The translations under genes and the position numbers were made by a program. DNA of 63,865 nucleotides, the filler included, from Licmophora abbreviata (lineage: Eukaryota): assembly GCA_900291995.1 (NCBI GenBank). It is 22 parts of 22 records of this genome, joined end to end, with 100 filler letters (N's around TTAATTAATTAA, not from the genome) between each part and the next. Parts side by side here need not be neighbours in the genome. Positions count along the whole stretch, not along the records: positions 58,245 to 61,298 come from OLMU01006193.1; positions 61,399 to 63,865 come from OLMU01006194.1; 20 more parts are not named here. The stretch is one strand, 5' to 3'. The notes under the pieces are model-generated. The model had not been told where the DNA came from. It saw nothing but the letters and a program-made list of their open reading frames with translations, and did not search any database. Below are positions 59,934 through 63,865 of the stretch, one piece after another (positions within the stretch are counted from its first letter, which is position 1; each line of letters starts with the position of its first letter).

Positions 59934-60772
59934 CGGAGTGAGTCACTGGGAGATACAACTGCAATTGTCCTGTGACTGCTGTCCGCCTCAGTTTGTAAAG
60001 CAAATCGTGGTCTGATGTGTGGTAGAGAGGCTGACAATGCAAGATAAGTTTGACATTTTGATATCTGAAAAGTAAAACGATAAATATAAGATAGATATGT
60101 CTGTACATTTGAACAACGCTACTACCGTTGTCTACTACAAGAGATCGACATACATACTTTTCGTCTGAAGCTAAAGAGCACACTACAATGCCTTGTGTGC
60201 TTCACCTGACAACTGGATAGCAAAATGTACCCAACGGATCGATTCTCAAACAAAGAACAAGCTTTGAAGCAAGCTTCTACCGGTACAGCCGCCACCCGAA
60301 ACCATCACGGGTTTCGACGGTACAACTGTCGTACGGCTGTACCGGTACCCATCCGCGATGCTCGGAGTCATAAGAAAGATGGCCGTTTGTCCAGAACAGA
60401 AAGAACGTGAGAAAGAAAACGGCGAACGTCGCCAGATTCGCTCGTTCCTATCATCCGTTGATCAACGGCAACGACCCATAGTATGCCCACGGCTATCGTA
60501 CGCTTATTGATTGCTCCATCGAATAAGTATCACAGAAAGCCGTTGCCTTCGCGAGCTGGCGACCGCGTCGCCCATTATCAGCGAACAACAAGAAGCAAGA
60601 AGCACCAACAGTCGTCCATCGCTTGGTGCTTCGTTCTCGGCCTCGCCAAATACGGCTTCTACCTATGAGTCCACCTCACAAAAATGCACACCTTCTTGCA
60701 AACGAACCAATCCTCGCCTCCCTTCGTTGAAGTACAACAACGAGACTAGCAACAAGAGCAACAGCCACCACC

Positions 60773-61298
60773 ATGCGTTCTATTCTCCTCTTTTGGTCGG
60801 GAATTGTCTTCTTTCAACTCCTCCTCAACGACTTTCAGGGTTCTGTTGCGTTTGCAGCCAAGCACAACTTTGACCTACGCGAGGAGCTGGACGGCACTCC
60901 ACAAACAACGAAAGAAGATGAAAACTACTGGTCGCGATTTCTTCAAGGTGCAGACCAAATGAGTGTACCGGTACGTGAGCCGTGACCAGCAGCCATGAAA
61001 AGTGAACGGTTTGTCTACAATCATGCTAGTGGCACTGCTACCATCGCTTTATTGCAACAATAGCCAGCCTCCTGAGCGACGACAACTCTCATCGTCCCGC
61101 AACTCACGCGCCCATCCTTTGCCATTCCCTTTCTTCGCAGACGATTCCTCCAACGCCAGGACCTACCCTTCAACCGATAGCTCCTCCGACCATTGACACA
61201 ACGCCTCCTGCGCCGACTCCGCCCCCAACGGGCGTACTAGATCTGTGTGAAGGGGTCACTTGTCCAGCAGGTCAAAGCTGCAATCCTTCTGACGGCAC
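60773..61298 (+). CDS. Secreted protein, 5' part: RFLQ site, Pro/Thr-rich linker, Cys-rich repeat; intron 60971-61140
   Basis: Signal peptide, then YWSRFLQ. The spliced exon reads TIPPTPGPTLQPIAPPT..DLCEGVTCPAGQSCNPSDG. Confidence 0.7.
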
Positions 61299-61398
61299 NN
61301 NNNNNNNNNNNNNNNNNNNNNNNNNNNNNNNNNNNNNNNNNNTTAATTAATTAANNNNNNNNNNNNNNNNNNNNNNNNNNNNNNNNNNNNNNNNNNNN

Positions 61399-61668
61399 GT
61401 TGGAAAAGAAACGAGTCTCCGTTCTCCGTGGTCTGACCTACTCCAAAGCCAGACTTGCCATGATCAAGGAAAATTTGGCACTAGATTCCGTCGAAGACTC
61501 AAAGGAGGAGGTACCTCTTGAGACAGAAGACGAGGAAGAAGCAATCCCGTCTCCTCGGGGCTTGTCCTATTCGAAGTTTAGATCAAGCTTGGCCAAGAAT
61601 GGCTCTAACACCCGTACGATAAGGATGCAGTATCGTATGAGCCCATGGGGAGTTTGATTGGCGCTTAG
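61399..61668 (+). CDS. RGLxYS-repeat protein, copy C (3' fragment; last codons frame-shifted relative to copy B)
   Basis: LRGLTYSKARLAM and SPRGLSYSKFRSSL. The coding end and 3' flank align with 59620-60160. Confidence 0.7.
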
Positions 61669-62401
61669 CGGAGTGAGACACTGGGAGATTGTTCTAGTCG
61701 CCTCTTGATTACCCGCTTCTGTTTGTAATACCAAGTCGGGGACCGGCGTCTGGTAGAGAGGCTGGCAAGACAAAGTTTTGAAATTTCGATATGTAAAAGA
61801 TAAGAGATAAATTATAAAAAAGTCTGTGCACTTGAACAATACTACCTTTGTCTACTGCAAGAGATTGACATACTTTTCCGAGCGAGTTGAGAGTACCGAT
61901 CCTATGCCGGTACCAGGTATGACACCTAGTACAAACCCGTTATCGAACCTCTCGCTCTTTTATCGATGAACGACGATCGAGTCAATCACGGGCCGAGTCA
62001 CAGTCATGTCAGTCACGAACGCGCGCGAGAGGTATTTTATTTGCCGTCTTTGCGCTACCCGGTACTTGTATCATACTTCGTTTGATATTACTAGTATACC
62101 TGGTACCGGTATGTACTCACGATTCAGGCTTGATCGCGCACGCCGTCCATGCGTTGAATCGAGTTTCCCGCAATTTTTCAGGAAAGCTCGATACCGGTAC
62201 AAGACTCTGGGCTCAAACAACTTATGCTCGTATTATGTCTTGTGAATAGAGAGTATTCTACAACAGTGTAGAGTGCAAGCGTTGAGCTCAAATATTTCGG
62301 CCTTCGAGAAGGAAATTTTAGCTCACAGATTTGTGTCCGTCGGAAGGAGACGCACAACCTTTCCCACTTTTCTCATGTAGACGAATTGTACTACCAAGAC
62401 G

Positions 62402-63865
62402 ATGTTGTTAAAGGGGACTTACCTAGCCTTTTTGGCGCTGCTGGGCAGTCCCGTTGTCTCTCTCGATGCAACGACGAAGAGTAGTTTGTCATCGGTCAAT
62501 TTGACAAGCCTGATTCAGCCCACTGGATGGTCCGGTACTTCCAAGTGCGAGAAGGACAACATGCTACCTATCACTATCACTACATCTCTCCTTCTTGAGT
62601 TTGTAGGCTTCGAAGGGCTCGTGATTCCTGCCGAAGTGAACGTCCTTGAACGTCAATTCGCCGAAACCTACGAAAAACTCACGAGCGACATGTGCGACTC
62701 AGGAACCTCTTTCACGATTGAGCAAGTCATCTTCTTGACTGGCGATAGCGATGAAGCCTTACAAGATCGCCGCTCCCTCACTGGGACTGGTGGTCTATCA
62801 TCATTCATCTATCCTGCTCGAGTTCAAGGCAGGTGCATCGGAAACGACTGTCCGGCCGTAAACATGCTCTTCCGTTCCAACACTGGAAACTCGAGGTCTC
62901 TCATGGAGGCTAGCTCGACGACGATGCAGTCTCACGTGATGGAGGGCTCTGACAGCATTGTCAAGGAGTCAACGACGGCAAAAGTCATGGACATTGACTC
63001 TGTCGACAGTGCAATTCGCGACCTGACGGGCTGCGGAATGTGTCAGGCTCCGACCGAACACCAATTCGTCCAGGCCTACAAAATCGACATTCGAGATCTC
63101 TACGACCAGAATGTGATTGGCAATGTTCAGGGTTTTAACAGCCTCATTTCTTTGACAGAAATAGAGTGTAGTGAAGAGGAGTCGGAGTTCGAAGACTTCC
63201 TTGACATCGACTACTTCGGTGACCCGGATCTGCTCACTCCCGGCGAGCTCGAGTCCTTGGCCATCCAGATCGTCGAAGATTACAACGTCTTAGCTCTCAA
63301 CCTCTGTGACCCATTCTTTCGTCGACTCGTGGCTGCAGACGTAACAGATCTTGTTGATGACGGCGACAGAAGGAGTCTTCGACAAAGCCGAAACTTGCAG
63401 AGGCGCTTCAGGCGCCGTTTCCGCCTACGAGGCCGCTGCCGTGGTTGTAGGAGGAGGAGATCTCGCGCATTTGACAACGCGGTACGACGTCTGGGTACTC
63501 CGACTGCAGACACATCTTCTTACCTTCACCGATCCCTCCAGGAGATTCCTGAAGCATTTATATGCGTGTGCGATCCAGCCCTCGCCAACGATCCCGCTGC
63601 ACAGAGAGCACCCTCGCTGGGTGACTTCACCGAAAAGTACACAGCAAGTGTAGAGGGACTTGACCTTGACGGCGTTGACACAGTGCTTGAAGTCGGGGAA
63701 GTTGCGGTGGAGGAATTTCCACCTACCATAGCTCCAAGCACAGCTGTCCCCACTCCCATGCCCACCTTAAGACCTACGCCACAGCCCACTCCCGAGCCAA
63801 CGCCTGAGCCAAGCCTCGAGCCAAGCGTCGATCCAACGCCTGCTCCAACGCCTGAGCCTAGCCTC
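62402..63865 (+). CDS. Large secreted protein (absent from the ORF track, runs off the window): two Cys-containing repeats with RxL sites, an Arg-rich segment and a PT/PS mucin-like tail
   Basis: Manual translation is open from ATG 62402 to the window end: MLLKGTYLAFLALLGSPVVS..MCDS..GRCIGNDC..APTEHQF..Y / LCDPFFR..GRCRGC..CVC..RAPSLGDF..Y / PTPQPTPEPTPEPS. Confidence 0.85.
   Translation, partial: MLLKGTYLAFLALLGSPVVSLDATTKSSLSSVNLTSLIQPTGWSGTSKCEKDNMLPITITTSLLLEFVGFEGLVIPAEVNVLERQFAETYEKLTSDMCDSGTSFTIEQVIFLTGDSDEALQDRRSLTGTGGLSSFIYPARVQGRCIGNDCPAVNMLFRSNTGNSRSLMEASSTTMQSHVMEGSDSIVKESTTAKVMDIDSVDSAIRDLTGCGMCQAPTEHQFVQAYKIDIRDLYDQNVIGNVQGFNSLISLTEIECSEEESEFEDFLDIDYFGDPDLLTPGELESLAIQIVEDYNVLALNLCDPFFRRLVAADVTDLVDDGDRRSLRQSRNLQRRFRRRFRLRGRCRGCRRRRSRAFDNAVRRLGTPTADTSSYLHRSLQEIPEAFICVCDPALANDPAAQRAPSLGDFTEKYTASVEGLDLDGVDTVLEVGEVAVEEFPPTIAPSTAVPTPMPTLRPTPQPTPEPTPEPSLEPSVDPTPAPTPEPSL

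Noticed and set aside
8515..61398. 21 recurring TTAATTAATTAA motifs as a biological repeat or CRISPR-like array
   Set aside because: Each is centred in exactly 88 Ns and encodes stops in all six frames. This is an artificial contig linker.

Overview
Eukaryotic nuclear DNA, most consistent with a pennate diatom or close ochrophyte. Evidence: GT-AG introns, several bipartite plastid-targeting presequences of the ASAFAP type, a CoDi-like copia RT, signal-peptide SET proteins and RxL/PT-rich secreted proteins. The window is a draft scaffold of 22 contigs joined by 21 identical artificial 100-nt spacers (N44-TTAATTAATTAA-N44). Several genes run across spacers, and some contig ends overlap as near-identical or allelic copies. 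About 40 protein-coding genes or fragments can be read. They include two cyclophilins, acireductone dioxygenase, FTR variable subunit, MYST acetyltransferase, heme peroxidase, sulfotransferase, EF-hand-like/fibrillin, PPR-Smr, TRPC4AP, ABC1 kinase, ACBP, a multi-PAS hybrid histidine kinase, EndoU, histidine phosphatase, FabD, RING-BRCT (BRCA1/BARD1-like), malectin/pectin-acetylesterase, tandem SET, NAD-dependent DNA ligase, GH5 glucanase and a copia fragment. At least five or six otherwise intact genes show small apparent frameshifts, probably sequencing errors. The strongest candidate for an undescribed system is a tandem family of three disordered proteins built on a repeated RGLxYS(K/N)xR motif; the two complete copies have plastid-type presequences, and the architecture resembles a pyrenoid/condensate linker. 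Other highlights are a probable malectin-malectin-acetylesterase fusion and a secreted protein missing from the ORF track that has RxL sites and a very Arg-rich segment. No rRNA, tRNA or CRISPR was recognised. All family calls come from motif recognition by eye, with no database searches.
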